Assembly (NCBI GenBank): GCA_964016885.1
Contig: OZ024743.1
Coordinates: 281,542,001-281,606,000, forward strand
Reading direction: 5' to 3'
Origin: Eledone cirrhosa
Lineage: Eukaryota
DNA: 64,000 nt
This document shows, piece after piece, positions 62,908 through 64,000 of this stretch. The notes under the pieces were generated by a model. It did no database searches. It was not told the origin of the DNA and saw nothing but the letters and a program-made list of their open reading frames with translations. The position numbers and the translations under genes were made by a program. The first letter of the stretch is position 1; every line of letters starts with the position of its first letter.

Positions 62908-64000
62908 CTAAAATTACACAGAAAATATGAGGTTCCATTAAATCATATAAAGAAAGGACATAGATCTTTTTTTTTATAGTAACATACAAAAAAAGAAACA
63001 TATATAACAAATTGCTACAAATTAATTTTTCAATATCTTTTTTACTTGCACATATTTTCAAAACAGAATTGGCTGGATGGTTTGAAGAAATTTAGATGAT
63101 CTCATGATTGTGAAGATTAGGTCTTTGTAAAGCTGACCTTTTTATCTTTCAACATTCAACTGTGAAATTAGAGTGTAGTGTCTATTTTCAAGTGGATATT
63201 GTGCTCCTTTAATAATCACTGACCATCGGTTTGCACCTGGAAAGTTTCTCTTCAGAGCACAAACCTAGGAAAGGTGTTTTGCAGAAGAACACCAGTCACC
63301 TATGCAGGTAGTTTTCTTTCTCTACACCATTAAAAATAAATAAACTATATTTTCTAAATCTGAAGGTGCACCATTGAAAAGAAAGGGGAGAAATGCCTTC
63401 AGACCATTCAGGCTGGGGAGTCTAATTCAAAATAATTCTAAGGAGGATTTTTGGAATGAGCATACCCTATAATGTTTTCTAAATCTGAGGATGCACCAGT
63501 AAATAATAGGGGGAAGTGTCATTCAATACTTAGTAATGGGCTGGTTGCATCACCATCAGGTTCTGATGATGAACATTCCAGTTGTTCAATTAACAGAACA
63601 ACCTGCTTGTGAAATTTACTTGCAAGTGGCTGAGCATTCCACAGACACATGTACCTTTAATGTAATTCTCAAGGACATTCAGTATGATAGTGTATGACAA
63701 GGCTGTCCTTTTGAATTACAGATGCAACTCATTTTTTTAAAGATGGAAATAAAATGTCTTACTCAAGGACACAATGCACCACTGGGAATTGAACTCACAA
63801 CCTTAGGATTATGAACCCAACACCATAACCTATAAGCTGAGCACCTCCACAAAATGTTATTAAGAGCAATTACAATACTTTTGTATATTGTTTGAACGAA
63901 ATGATTAATGAATTTTTTTTGAAAACAGTGATAATTTAATAAAATAAATACTTTAAATAAAATTTAAGTGCAATCACACACAGCAATCACTTTAAGGATG

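Overview
AT-rich, intron-rich animal genomic DNA. The SINE/RTE/microsatellite repertoire suggests a coleoid cephalopod such as Octopus (inference). It holds two convergent spliced genes, reconstructed by hand from GT-AG sites with consistent phases. (1) A family I soluble inorganic pyrophosphatase on +: 11 exons, 607-21201, first exon upstream of the window. (2) The 3' half of an alpha-2-macroglobulin/TEP-superfamily gene on -: 14 exons, 62907 to 24680. Its thioester motif is replaced (PITNGEGNI instead of PxGCGEQNM), and it ends in a Ser/Thr-rich linker plus an NTR/C345C-like module. The introns are packed with nested mobile DNA: a full-length but mutated Gypsy-like LTR element, PHD-finger RTE LINEs and their partner SINE, L1/Tx1 fragments, a non-autonomous Helitron, and piggyBac- and mariner-type MITEs. 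The LTR element's primer-binding site is non-canonical and is complementary to the 5' 12 nt of tRNA-Phe. There is also a long near-perfect palindrome carrying a minimal hammerhead ribozyme motif in each arm (Penelope-like). All alignments were done by eye.
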